From IMG/VR virus record IMGVR_UViG_3300021356_000002: DNA of 64,000 bases, one strand, 5' to 3'. Shown here one piece after another: positions 39,013 through 48,614 of the stretch (its first letter is position 1; each line of letters begins with the position of its first letter). This stretch comes from a virus. Both the position numbers and the translations under genes were made by a program. The notes beneath the pieces were generated by a model. That model made no database searches. It had not been told where the DNA came from and saw only the letters and a program-made list of their open reading frames with translations.

Positions 39013-40119
39013 TTATGCAAAATTCCTATCGTCGAGGTCCATTCGTTGTGCTACTGTATGAAGCAAACGGTTGTTGTTGTAGTACAAACACGTACCGCAA
39101 GCCTTGTCCCAACACTTACCTTTATTGTCTCTTACTTCATACGGATATCCATTCATAGAGTAGTTCAGATTAGCATTATCCCATATCTTGATTACGTTGT
39201 CAATGCTACCCAAAGAAAATTCTAGTTTGTATGTGCGATCTTCTAGCACGTGACTCGTGCACATATACACTTGATAATCGCCACCGTCTGGATGTGGTGC
39301 AATGTATGGGCGTGTCAAGCCGACATAACAACCTTCTTCAAAAGGTCGCGTTGCGTCCCAGATGTCTTTAATAAAGAACTTTGATAGACTGTCGATCTCT
39401 TCGATCACAGGTCGCCACTTGTTCTGAATCTCTGTTTGATAGCCATCAACTAGTGCGTTGCCTGCAACACGGCAGAACTTAACTTCGGGATTTAGTTCAA
39501 TCAGTCGAGCGATCTTTTGAATCGACTCTTTCGTAGTGCCAATATACGGCTTCTTCGTGCGAGACAGTTCGTCAGGCACACCACCGGTGCCGTCGTAGAT
39601 AATATACGACAGACCGATCTTGTCACGAGGGAATGATCCGAAATCATAGTCTTCGGGATTCTTACCTTCGTCAAGTTTAATCAGACTGATACGAATCCAG
39701 TTGAGCCACTTAAATGCTCGTTTGTCTAGGTGACGCTCAATGTTTTCGCTGTTGGTGATGATACCCACATCGAAGCCAAGTTGACCGCATAACTCTACTA
39801 CGTCTGTGATATTCTTCTTATGCTCTTTGTCGCGATACAGCATAGGATTACCACCACCCGTGATCTCTACTGCTTTAGCACCAAGTGTCTTAAAGTCTTC
39901 CATCATCTTGACCAACTTAGGCCATGAGATGTAACTCTTTAGTGGACGTGCCGCAACAGAACAGAACGGGCAGTCGCTATCGCAGATTTCACACAGCGAT
40001 AACTGAACGTTGATGGGCTTGAACTTGTCTTCGTATTGAATCGAGTACAGCACGTCCGTATGCTGAAGATACTTGTCGCCCCACGTGCTGTACTTCTGAG
40101 TTTTTTCTTCGTAACTCAT
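39013..40119 (-). CDS. Radical SAM protein
   Basis: CDSDCPFC; ITGGG.P; C-terminal Cys cluster; start refined. Confidence 0.85.
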   Translation of the reverse strand: MSYEEKTQKYSTWGDKYLQHTDVLYSIQYEDKFKPINVQLSLCEICDSDCPFCSVAARPLKSYISWPKLVKMMEDFKTLGAKAVEITGGGNPMLYRDKEHKKNITDVVELCGQLGFDVGIITNSENIERHLDKRAFKWLNWIRISLIKLDEGKNPEDYDFGSFPRDKIGLSYIIYDGTGGVPDELSRTKKPYIGTTKESIQKIARLIELNPEVKFCRVAGNALVDGYQTEIQNKWRPVIEEIDSLSKFFIKDIWDATRPFEEGCYVGLTRPYIAPHPDGGDYQVYMCTSHVLEDRTYKLEFSLGSIDNVIKIWDNANLNYSMNGYPYEVRDNKGKCWDKACGTCLYYNNNRLLHTVAQRMDLDDRNFA

Positions 40120-40910
40120 ATTTGCTTCATTAGTTCCTGAACGTCTTCGCCACGATTGGGCAACTTGTCTTTCAAAAAGAAATGGACGAAATGGCAATCA
40201 GAGATTGATTCATGTGCTGTAAACAAGCCATTCCACTTGCTGTCCATATACTTAGTAGGCACGTTATATTTTTTGATGAAATAATTTAGTAGCGTTTGAT
40301 CTGTGCTCCACTTCCATGCGCCTTTACCATTCACAAAGTCCATAAACTCGACTCGTTCAATAAACTGCTTTGCGGTCTGACCGTTTAGATACGGCTTAAA
40401 CTTTTCGCTGTTCAGTAGTATCATACCCATGTTGAAAAATTCGTACCCTAGACGACCTGGCTTAAAGTCGGCTTTCTTTTGTTTTTGAAGCAAGTCATAC
40501 TGCATCATAGAGTAGTTAGTGATCTTATCTTTGTACCACTTCTGAATTGGCATGTCTCGCTCGCAGACAGCACCAAAAGCATGATCAGTGCCAAAGTCTT
40601 CGAAGATATTGGGCGAGCCTTCGCGAATGTAGATATCTGCGTCAACGATGGCAATCTGATCGTAATCGTCTAACAGATCGAAGGCATTTTCTTTCTCGTA
40701 GATAGGCAAAAAGCCACCGTGATTAGCAGTGGCTTCTTTACTGCGATTAGTCATAAATGGATCTGGCGCTATCTTTAACTTAGGGCTGGACAGCACAATG
40801 TGGTCGATCTGATTCTTCCAACAATAGTCCGCAACTGACTGAATACACGTTGAATAGAGTGCAGAGTTTTTCGCTTTGCCTAAGCAAACTTGATATATGA
40901 GTCTTTTCAT
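40116..40910 (-). CDS. GT-A glycosyltransferase
   Basis: YDQIAIVDADI; FNMG; DQTLLN; KWN; FVHF. Confidence 0.75.
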   Translation of the reverse strand: MKRLIYQVCLGKAKNSALYSTCIQSVADYCWKNQIDHIVLSSPKLKIAPDPFMTNRSKEATANHGGFLPIYEKENAFDLLDDYDQIAIVDADIYIREGSPNIFEDFGTDHAFGAVCERDMPIQKWYKDKITNYSMMQYDLLQKQKKADFKPGRLGYEFFNMGMILLNSEKFKPYLNGQTAKQFIERVEFMDFVNGKGAWKWSTDQTLLNYFIKKYNVPTKYMDSKWNGLFTAHESISDCHFVHFFLKDKLPNRGEDVQELMKQI

Positions 40911-41539
40911 GTCTTAAAGGGTCTACCCGGATGATTGTGTTCGATTGTTACGCCAACTTCGTCATTCTTGAATTGCATACATGCGGTTTCATTCCATCTG
41001 CCGAACTTATCACACGTTCTATGTATCCAAGCATCTGAGTTGTATATAACTTTTTTATGGTGCCGAATTCTCATTAGTTCTCTTGCGGCATTAGGTGTCA
41101 GATAATATGCACCGCCCGCAAGTTTAGCGCGACCGTAAAGTTTTCCTTCTTTGTTGATGCGTTCGTCATGACACAGGCACGTGATATTCGTCAAATAAAA
41201 TTTAGGATTAATGTCTTTTTTTAGCCATGCATCATGTTCCGCAACAATGAAAGGCGTCTGTTCGTCCCAGCATTTTTTCCACGCATGATAGTGACTGTAC
41301 CAAACAGCTTTCTCTGTTTGAGTAAACTCAACATCTACGCCGCGTGAATAACTGTGCTTCATCGTGAATGGAAGAAAGTTACATTCGTCCGTCTCAAGGT
41401 CTTTCGGTGTCTTCGCTTCAAAATGATTGACCTTGAAGCCGTGTTTCGTCCAACTGGGAGTACAATGCTCTTTATAGTACTCTGATATGGGATTGCCTGT
41501 GATTGCAATCATCCATACTTCTGGCTTATCGGTAGTCAT
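40907..41539 (-). CDS. Glycosyltransferase family 25-like
   Basis: WYSHY.AWKKC; EHDA; AYYLTP..A. Confidence 0.72.
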   Translation of the reverse strand: MTTDKPEVWMIAITGNPISEYYKEHCTPSWTKHGFKVNHFEAKTPKDLETDECNFLPFTMKHSYSRGVDVEFTQTEKAVWYSHYHAWKKCWDEQTPFIVAEHDAWLKKDINPKFYLTNITCLCHDERINKEGKLYGRAKLAGGAYYLTPNAARELMRIRHHKKVIYNSDAWIHRTCDKFGRWNETACMQFKNDEVGVTIEHNHPGRPFKT

Positions 41540-42497
41540 CTAAGTTAAACTCTGTTCCAATCATTTTATGTAAGTCTCGATCATTGTTAGTATACACTAA
41601 TACTTCAGGATCGTCAAGAAGAAAATCACAATTCTTACAGTAGTCTGGATAGTCACCAGTGCGATGAGACTGTCTTAAAGCCGAGTACTCCGGTCCTCGG
41701 ATGACTTCTTCGATTGTGTTTTCAGAACAGTGTCCGAGAACTGCTTCTTCGTCCCGTCCCAGAACTTGACAACAAGGATGTACAGCCCCCCGTTTACCGT
41801 CAAGACCGCCAGCACGTATAACCACATCGGGACTAAATGGTCTTCCACAAGTCTTTACCTTTCCTTTTCTTGCATTGTCTCCGATGTCCCATGCGCCAGA
41901 CCAGTTATGCATTTTCCAGATTTCTGTTTTACAACCTAGTTCTTCGACAAGTTTTTTGTAGTTCTCTAGTTCAGATTCAATGTTGTTATTGTCTGTGATC
42001 AGATGATACGTCTCAACAACACAACTTGAGCCAGACGCTTTTACGTAGTCGATCATCTCTTTGATGTTCTTCTTAATCAGATGATAGTTACTGCCGCGTG
42101 TGTTGTACATCCACTTATCGTAGTCTTCGGGCGTAGATCCAATAAACGAGAAACGAAAGAAGTCAAGACCTGCATCTACACAGTCACGCATAAATTGACC
42201 GTGCATTTTAAATCCGTTTGAAAAGATCACTGCTTGTGCGTCATACTTCTTAACAATCTTGATGTACTCGGGCAAATTGCGATTGATAGTTGCTTCGCCC
42301 GAACCATCTAAGTTAACAACACGTAGTCCATGCTTCTTGCAGTCTGACACATACGTCTCAAACTCAAGCAAAGACATCTTGGTAAGAAAGCCCGGATGAC
42401 GACCACCTTCACGCTTGTCTTGAGGACACATCGAGCAATCAAAGTTACATGCACCCTGTACTTCAATCACTGCTCTATCAATATTAATCGTTGACAT
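41526..42497 (-). CDS. Radical SAM protein with SPASM/twitch domain
   Basis: CNFDCSMC; GSGE; C.RPF..PCC..CKNC. Confidence 0.9.
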   Translation of the reverse strand: MSTINIDRAVIEVQGACNFDCSMCPQDKREGGRHPGFLTKMSLLEFETYVSDCKKHGLRVVNLDGSGEATINRNLPEYIKIVKKYDAQAVIFSNGFKMHGQFMRDCVDAGLDFFRFSFIGSTPEDYDKWMYNTRGSNYHLIKKNIKEMIDYVKASGSSCVVETYHLITDNNNIESELENYKKLVEELGCKTEIWKMHNWSGAWDIGDNARKGKVKTCGRPFSPDVVIRAGGLDGKRGAVHPCCQVLGRDEEAVLGHCSENTIEEVIRGPEYSALRQSHRTGDYPDYCKNCDFLLDDPEVLVYTNNDRDLHKMIGTEFNLDDYR

Positions 42498-43350
42498 TTA
42501 ACTCACCTAATATTTTGTTCTTATAGCGATTCGCTCTCTGGTCCATATGACTCAGAATTTGTGGCATCTTATCGAGATACTTATAGAAATCGTTATCCGG
42601 TAATCCCGGCTTTGTGAAGTGTACACCTTGCGGATTATGAACTTCTAGAATCCCGCTATCGCCTAGCGAGATGACAGGCTTGCAAAGATTTCTTGCAATG
42701 TACTGCCACATGCCATCATAGAATATACAGAATCTACAATGTCGAATGTGGTACATTGCTTCGCGAACTGGCGTACGATAGGTCAACTCGACCATATTGA
42801 ACCCTCTCATCTCTAAGAGTTCAATGATACGTTCCCAGTCTTCAGGAAAAAATGTGCGCTTCCAGCCTCGAGGAGTCTCTGCGTTGAACAGAGGTCGCCA
42901 GAAGCACACTTTATTTTCTACAGGATCAGCCCAAACATCTTTGCGAAATATCCATGAAGGGAGACCATCGAGTACAGCAAGAGGACTTCGTTGTCGTTGA
43001 AATCCTCTGTGCCGCAGTTTGGTGATCTCGTAGTCAGTGGAGTTGAAAATATGATTCATCTTCACTGCGTCTTTGTCATAATAAAAATTATGAAGATACT
43101 CGGCTCGCTCGATGATTGTTTCAGGATCTTCGAAGTGATGTAAGTGATCTTCAGAATGTTCCCAAAAAACATTCATCGTCATCTGCTCAAGCGGACGGCG
43201 CTTTCGTATTAGATGAACCATCATGTGAACTGCATTCAACCCAAAGAGTATGTCCCCAACTCCAGGAGTGCCTCTCCAATCGACTTCTGTGTCGTAGGTG
43301 AAGAGATAGGGATGTTTTCTTATAGGATCATGATACAGTTCAAAATTCAT
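42484..43350 (-). CDS. GT-B-like glycosyltransferase
   Basis: GVGD; W..IIE; YDGM..IA..L.KP.I. Confidence 0.5.
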   Translation of the reverse strand: MNFELYHDPIRKHPYLFTYDTEVDWRGTPGVGDILFGLNAVHMMVHLIRKRRPLEQMTMNVFWEHSEDHLHHFEDPETIIERAEYLHNFYYDKDAVKMNHIFNSTDYEITKLRHRGFQRQRSPLAVLDGLPSWIFRKDVWADPVENKVCFWRPLFNAETPRGWKRTFFPEDWERIIELLEMRGFNMVELTYRTPVREAMYHIRHCRFCIFYDGMWQYIARNLCKPVISLGDSGILEVHNPQGVHFTKPGLPDNDFYKYLDKMPQILSHMDQRANRYKNKILGELNVND

Positions 43351-43533
43351 CTAATATAAGTCAATCGAAATTGCTTTCTCCATTGAGTATTTTTCTGACC
43401 ACTGCTCGGCAGTATAATCGTCTTTGAGTTGACGCTTCTTGCCTTTAGCATTGGTTCTATCTAAGTAACGATTTTTATGATTGTTACGCTTCTTGTTTCG
43501 GGAATCAAATCGGCTGTACTTAGCCATGATCAA
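43351..43533 (-). CDS. Small basic protein
   Basis: MAKYSRFDSRNKKRN; operon-coupled. Confidence 0.6.
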   Translation of the reverse strand: MIMAKYSRFDSRNKKRNNHKNRYLDRTNAKGKKRQLKDDYTAEQWSEKYSMEKAISIDLY

Positions 43534-43976
43534 ACGTTCTCCATTCGCTCCATTAATCTTTCCGCACGATTAGTGACTTGACGATACCACAGACTGTCAC
43601 GCCCTTCAACGGCGGCGCGTTTCCAATCGCCTTCTGCAATAGCGGCGTTGAAATTTTTAAATTTACTAAGTCGAGTACGACCCATGTTAAACATCATATT
43701 AACCAAGATTTGTTGGACCTCGTCTGGTAGGTCTCCAAATCCCCCCTCGCCGTATAAGTGCTGACACTCTCCGATGGCGAGGTCGAGGTCGTGATCGAAA
43801 CACTCCTTAACTCGTGCTTCCGTAACTCCAGTACCGACTGGCTCGCCGAATTCTGGGTCACTTTCGAGGATAAGGTGACCAACTCCAAACGTGGGGTAAC
43901 CGAGGTGATCGTTGTATATGACATACTCGACTCCTTCGTCTATTTTTAATTGTTCGTAAACTGCTTCTCTGTTCAT
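43530..43976 (-). CDS. e: T4-type lysozyme (endolysin)
   Basis: E-x8-D-x5-T triad (DEGVEYVIYNDHLGYPT); NMMFNMG; SLWYRQV.NRA.R. Confidence 0.92.
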   Translation of the reverse strand: MNREAVYEQLKIDEGVEYVIYNDHLGYPTFGVGHLILESDPEFGEPVGTGVTEARVKECFDHDLDLAIGECQHLYGEGGFGDLPDEVQQILVNMMFNMGRTRLSKFKNFNAAIAEGDWKRAAVEGRDSLWYRQVTNRAERLMERMENV

Positions 43977-44674
43977 CGGATTTCCATCCACTCCTTTGTC
44001 ATGATGTAGTCCCTTACGAGACCACTTCTTACTATGTCTTCCCAGTTGAAACTGATCACAGAAAAGTGCTTCAGTTGCTCAACTATTTGTAGAAAAGTAT
44101 TTATACCTCTCTTATCGTTTTCAGACCTAAAGTCGGACTGGTAGTAGTCACCACAGAAAATGATTTTAGAACAATGACCAATCCTTGTCATAACAGAATC
44201 TAATTCATGAAAATTTAAGTTCTGCATTTCATCCACAATCACAATAGAGTTATCGAACGTCACACCACGAATGTATGACGTTGATTCAAAACTTATATAC
44301 TTGTTGTGTACAAGCTTATCGTACGCGCCAGGATCTCCATCGAACAATTCAGATGTGATTGCTCGATAAGGTCCTGTGTATGCGTTGAGTTTTTCTTCAA
44401 TCGTACCAGGCAGATAGCCAACATCTCGTGTGGGTACGACTGAACGAATAATTTTTACGGTTTCGTAAGGCGAACTTTTCTCCATCACTTCTTCTAGTGC
44501 GAGATACAAAGCAAGAAACGTTTTGCCCGTTCCTGCTGTGCCAACTAAAGCCATGTTATCGCCATCTCTCCATGCGTTGAAGGCGTCTCTTTGGCGTTCA
44601 GTGATAGGATCAATTGTAATGAGATCGTCGATTCGAATGTGCATCGACTCGTTCCGCTGTTTATTTGTCATCAT
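43973..44674 (-). CDS. phoH: PhoH family ATPase
   Basis: GTAGTGKT; GYLPG; RG.TF; DEMQN; TRIG; GD..Q.D; DIVRS. Confidence 0.95.
   Translation of the reverse strand: MMTNKQRNESMHIRIDDLITIDPITERQRDAFNAWRDGDNMALVGTAGTGKTFLALYLALEEVMEKSSPYETVKIIRSVVPTRDVGYLPGTIEEKLNAYTGPYRAITSELFDGDPGAYDKLVHNKYISFESTSYIRGVTFDNSIVIVDEMQNLNFHELDSVMTRIGHCSKIIFCGDYYQSDFRSENDKRGINTFLQIVEQLKHFSVISFNWEDIVRSGLVRDYIMTKEWMEIR
44098..44105 (-). promoter_or_regulatory. Late promoter TATAAATA inside phoH, upstream of the endolysin
   Basis: Exact consensus about 120 nt before the lysozyme ATG. Confidence 0.65.
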
Positions 44675-44907
44675 ACTTTTATCGAATTTTCGACACGATT
44701 ACCTGAGGCTTTTTTGATATTCTTCAGATGACTTTTCCAATCGTCAGACGTTTTGTTGATCATGTTACCTGTATGCGTAACAAGATTGGGCGCACCGATG
44801 ATCTGTGTCCATTCACCAGTTGCTCTTAGTTCTTCCATCGCAGAGATAGACATCATCATGTCTTTAACTTCTCCGGTGGTTGTGTTCTTCATTGTGTACA
44901 GCGGCAT
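44671..44907 (-). CDS. FmdB-like small protein (Cys-less)
   Basis: MPLY...N..TGE; D.W...L..IKK. Confidence 0.6.
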   Translation of the reverse strand: MPLYTMKNTTTGEVKDMMMSISAMEELRATGEWTQIIGAPNLVTHTGNMINKTSDDWKSHLKNIKKASGNRVENSIKV

Positions 44908-44936
44908 ATGTTTTTCCTAGTAGTCCAATCTAAAGT

Positions 44937-44962
44937 GATGAGCCCCGTTGCCGAGGCTCACC
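44937..44962 (-). other. Intergenic hairpin with GCAA tetraloop
   Basis: GGTGAGCCTCG-GCAA-CGGGGCTCATC; weak U tail. Confidence 0.5.
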
Positions 44963-44973
44963 TTAGATAAGGA

Positions 44974-45144
44974 TCACCCCCTTAAGCGAGTTTCGACTTG
45001 TGATATTGCGGCTTCTAGAAACGATTGTTTCTTAGCCATCTTGTAGGCAATATCTGTCTTACCTCTTTTTTGCAATTTATGAATGTAATGTCCAAGTTCT
45101 CTTGAGTCTTTCCTCAAGCGTTCAATTTGATTGGATTCTACCAT
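44974..45144 (-). CDS. Small hypothetical protein (56 aa)
   Basis: Not in ORF track; MVESNQIERLRKDSRELGHYIHKLQKRG. Confidence 0.6.
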   Translation of the reverse strand: MVESNQIERLRKDSRELGHYIHKLQKRGKTDIAYKMAKKQSFLEAAISQVETRLRG

Positions 45145-45181
45145 AGGCAATGTTCCTTTTTTTAGTTTACTTGGATCATGA

Positions 45182-45619
45182 TCATGCTGAGATTAACTCT
45201 GGAAATGCCTCCTTGACTACAGTTTTAGTTAATCCTTTCACGGGGCTTTTTTTGTTGATCATTGAGACGAGAATTTCTGCGTCTCGTGGGTGTACCGCCT
45301 CGAGCATGTCAATAAACATACGCTCGCGACGAATAGGGTTAAGCTTGCTACTTTCGCGCAAACCTTTTACGAAATATTTAAATTGAAGATGCTGTCTGAG
45401 TAGAGACGACGGAGGCGACTCTTCAGAGCTAGGAGTGTACGGAGGCGTACCACCAGGAAGATTCCATTGAATAGCTTCATCGAATGTGCCTCTTAATACA
45501 TCCAGTAGAGGCATGATTTCATTTTCTTTCAATACTTTTACTCGCTCTTGCTTGTTCTTAGCTTTTTCGAATCTTTCAAGTATCTCAAATACTTCCATTC
45601 TCTTGGTAGAAACTGCCAT
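45182..45619 (-). CDS. Conserved T4-like protein (DUF6433-like)
   Basis: W.LP.G.PPY; RRERMFIDMLE.VHP.DA; VKEAFP. Confidence 0.75.
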   Translation of the reverse strand: MAVSTKRMEVFEILERFEKAKNKQERVKVLKENEIMPLLDVLRGTFDEAIQWNLPGGTPPYTPSSEESPPSSLLRQHLQFKYFVKGLRESSKLNPIRRERMFIDMLEAVHPRDAEILVSMINKKSPVKGLTKTVVKEAFPELISA

Positions 45620-45667
45620 AATAATTCACCTTATATAGTATATTCTTACCCGGACGCGCACAGATTT

Positions 45668-45696
45668 ATTGTACACGTTTAAATCGGTTTTGTCAA
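45668..45696 (-). promoter_or_regulatory. Sigma70 promoter
   Basis: TTGACA-N17-TACAAT. Confidence 0.8.
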
Positions 45697-46382
45697 GTTC
45701 TTCTTGCTTTTGCCTTTTCGTCTTCGATCCACTTCTTCGCCTTGGCATTCTCCACAGGCTTTTGAGTGAACTTAGTTGCGTCACGATAAGCGCGTAGCGT
45801 TTCTTTCTCGTAGTTTTTACCCTTTGAGTTGTCTACTACAAGAAAGTTTGGCTTACCGAACATACGTTGAAACTTGCCCACATTGCGTTGGACAGCTTTC
45901 CAGTACTCTTCTACTTCTTTGTCTGGCAGTGACCGCTCGCGTTGACGATTCCGCTCAAGTGCTGTGTCCATATCAGTGTTGACAAAGATCATCGCCGTGT
46001 CATAGCCAAGTGCTTTGAGTTTCTGTGCTTGTGTAGCGATCTTGTCTGGATCTTTACCAGTGCCGTCAATTACAAGACCAAGACGACCTTTGATGTAACC
46101 AGCCTGTCTTGTTGATGTAAGACGCTTTGCTTTACCGCGCAGTTCTTGACCCTTGACAGAAAAGATATTGTCAGGACTCATCTCCATGCCAGCTTTCTTC
46201 ATAGCCGCTTCAAATGCATCGTCAGAGTTTACAACTCTGTATCCCATAGAAGTCAGACCAGTCTTGCCTACGATAAATGACTTACCAGAGCCAGGACCAC
46301 CCGCGAGAAAGATAGCTTTGAAGATTGCGGGATCGTTGACGCCTTCGTCGAGTTGTTGAATGAAATTAGAAAACTTGAGCAT
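45693..46382 (-). CDS. Zeta-toxin-like P-loop kinase with capsid-targeting-like N-terminus
   Basis: AIFLAGGPGSGKS; VNSD; IDGTG; ALERN..RER. Confidence 0.8.
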   Translation of the reverse strand: MLKFSNFIQQLDEGVNDPAIFKAIFLAGGPGSGKSFIVGKTGLTSMGYRVVNSDDAFEAAMKKAGMEMSPDNIFSVKGQELRGKAKRLTSTRQAGYIKGRLGLVIDGTGKDPDKIATQAQKLKALGYDTAMIFVNTDMDTALERNRQRERSLPDKEVEEYWKAVQRNVGKFQRMFGKPNFLVVDNSKGKNYEKETLRAYRDATKFTQKPVENAKAKKWIEDEKAKARRT

Positions 46383-46411
46383 GAGCTACCACATCGATTG
46401 AGTTATTAAGT

Positions 46412-46419
46412 TATTTATG
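46412..46419 (-). promoter_or_regulatory. Late promoter CATAAATA upstream of the kinase
   Basis: Near-consensus, 30 nt upstream of ATG. Confidence 0.55.
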
Positions 46420-48202
46420 TTTTTTTAGACGTGAACAGCCATAGTTTTTCATCATCATCTAAGTATGCCACACCGTCTAAGGCTGTCCTGTCTAGCACAG
46501 TAAATGCTTCTTCTAATGTATTTAGTATTGGCTTGCCTTGGACATTAAAAGATGTGTTCAATAAAACACCGTCAAACTCTGTTAACAGATCATGTATGAA
46601 CTTGTTCTGCTCTCGTGTCACCGTTTGCAATCGGGCTGTTCCGTCTGCATGAGTTACAGCCGCTAGTTGTTCTGTATATTCTGGTCGAGTCATCACAGCA
46701 AAATTCATGAAGGCTAAGTTGTTGTAGTCACTAGCCTCAAAATATTTTTCAGCATCTTCTTTGCGGCACATAGGAGCAAACGGGCGATACGGCTCTCGTT
46801 TCTTTACGATATTCACTTTGTCTTTCTTGTCATGACCTTTTGGATCACAGATGATAGAGCGATTTCCTAAAGCCCTAGCGCCTACTTCACCACCACCTTG
46901 TATGAAGCCAATAATGTCATCGTTCTTTAGAATTTTTGCCAAGTCTGAAATAGTAATCTCTTCATGGTGATATTTTTCTTTGTATGTGTCGAGTTCGTGC
47001 CTGTCATGAAGCCTTGATCCAGAGTATGTAATATCTACTCCTTTCCACGCATCGATGCCAATTTCTGCGAGATGCTGGACAAGAAATCCAAACGGCAGAC
47101 CGCAATCATGAACGTTCGGAGGTACAAAGACTTCAAGTCCTAGCTCTTCTTGTATTCTCTTGTTTACTAGAACATTCAGTGCACAGCCACCAGACACAAT
47201 CAGTTTGTCATCGCACTGCCGAATAAATTCACGATTCTTTTTGAGAAAGTTCAGAACTTCGTTTTCGTGCTGTGTTTGAATTCCTAGTGCAACGTCGGTT
47301 TGCTCTTCCCATGTTAAACCGATCGGTGATGTCCACGATTCATATGGATTAAAGCACTCAGGCGTTTCTGCAAAGACTTTATTGAGATATTCTTTTCCAC
47401 TCTTGTAGCCACGAATTCCCATTTTCTCTAATCCTTCTTGGGTCATTAAATACCAACTCTTGAAGAATCTTGCCATTGGGTTGATCCATTCGACGGTCTC
47501 AGGATCCTCTTTGTAAAGTCTTTGACCAACGATGTACCATGGAGACCTTTTATCACCATAAGCCGCCGCGCCCATTACTTTACCTGCAATATCTAAAGAC
47601 TGCTCTGTTTTAGAGGCAATCGCATGTACACCGTGACACGAAGAGGCTGTATAGTATCGACCGAAAAATGTTCTATGTTCAGGTATCTGCCACTGCGGGG
47701 TTTGTTTTGATACTAATATATTATTGGTAGGCGAGTATTTCCAAAGAAAGGTGTGACCATCATCACCACCAGCATCGTGCGTAAACACGGCGCACTTTTC
47801 ATTAGCCCACTGTGACTGTGCTATTCCGCACCATGCGTGTCCTGCATGATGTCTATAAGCAACTTTAAATTCCTTTACATTAAAGACTTCTCTAACGTGT
47901 TTGGGATGAACCTTTAGTCCAGAATCAATCTGATCATTTTCTGCCCAGGTATCAGCATCGAGATATTGCCAATCAGAGCCTATGATAAATGTATCGAAAT
48001 CATTTTCGATACCAAACTCTTCTTCAACAACCTTTAAAACTTTTTTTAGCCAGTAAACTGTTTGATCGTGTCTACCGTGACCACGAAAATGCTTTATGCC
48101 TGACAGCTTTTCCATTTCAACTGTGTGAAATGTTTGAGTGTCAGCCTTATAAAAACAAATTGCGGAATCATGACCCCAGTGTGCCGCCGCTATATTGCCC
48201 AT
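46415..48202 (-). CDS. Carbamoyltransferase (NodU/CmcH family)
   Basis: HDS; HH.GHA; DAGGD; GKVMG; GGCALN; E.G.RALGNRS; RE.YRPFAP; H.DGTARLQ; NTSFN. Confidence 0.95.
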   Translation of the reverse strand: MGNIAAAHWGHDSAICFYKADTQTFHTVEMEKLSGIKHFRGHGRHDQTVYWLKKVLKVVEEEFGIENDFDTFIIGSDWQYLDADTWAENDQIDSGLKVHPKHVREVFNVKEFKVAYRHHAGHAWCGIAQSQWANEKCAVFTHDAGGDDGHTFLWKYSPTNNILVSKQTPQWQIPEHRTFFGRYYTASSCHGVHAIASKTEQSLDIAGKVMGAAAYGDKRSPWYIVGQRLYKEDPETVEWINPMARFFKSWYLMTQEGLEKMGIRGYKSGKEYLNKVFAETPECFNPYESWTSPIGLTWEEQTDVALGIQTQHENEVLNFLKKNREFIRQCDDKLIVSGGCALNVLVNKRIQEELGLEVFVPPNVHDCGLPFGFLVQHLAEIGIDAWKGVDITYSGSRLHDRHELDTYKEKYHHEEITISDLAKILKNDDIIGFIQGGGEVGARALGNRSIICDPKGHDKKDKVNIVKKREPYRPFAPMCRKEDAEKYFEASDYNNLAFMNFAVMTRPEYTEQLAAVTHADGTARLQTVTREQNKFIHDLLTEFDGVLLNTSFNVQGKPILNTLEEAFTVLDRTALDGVAYLDDDEKLWLFTSKKT

Positions 48203-48614
48203 CGTCTCTCTTCAAGTGTTTTGAGTGAATTTTACAACCTATAAACTCATTGTAATAATCGTCACGAAGCAATACATCGTATTCGAACTGTAGCTTGGCT
48301 TCGTAGTAAGAACATTCGCCCTTAGTCTTACACAGCCGAAGTATTTCTCGGTGGTAAGCATCGTGACCTTTCTTTTCTACAAGTTGCTTGAGTTCTTCGG
48401 AACTGCCGAAGTAATTTTGCCAGTCTGAAATCGTACGCTTAGTGCGCTTTCGTTTCTGACCTTTCAGAGGTGGCAACTTTCTTGTTGCCCAGAAAAACTT
48501 TTTACCGATATACTTCTTATCGGTATCACGTTCAGTGATTCGATAGACAAAGCCCACATATTCTTGCAGGTCATCTTCACTTGGATTGTATTCTAGATTT
48601 CTATAATACCACAT
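48168..48614 (-). CDS. GIY-YIG-like (Seg-type) endonuclease
   Basis: GFVY.IT....KKYIGKK; Y.GSS; REIL; E; YYN. Confidence 0.7.
   Translation of the reverse strand: MWYYRNLEYNPSEDDLQEYVGFVYRITERDTDKKYIGKKFFWATRKLPPLKGQKRKRTKRTISDWQNYFGSSEELKQLVEKKGHDAYHREILRLCKTKGECSYYEAKLQFEYDVLLRDDYYNEFIGCKIHSKHLKRDDGQYSGGTLGS

Noticed and set aside
45693-46382. Zeta toxin as part of a toxin-antitoxin pair
   Set aside because: No antitoxin neighbour; the late promoter and targeting-like leader fit a virion protein better
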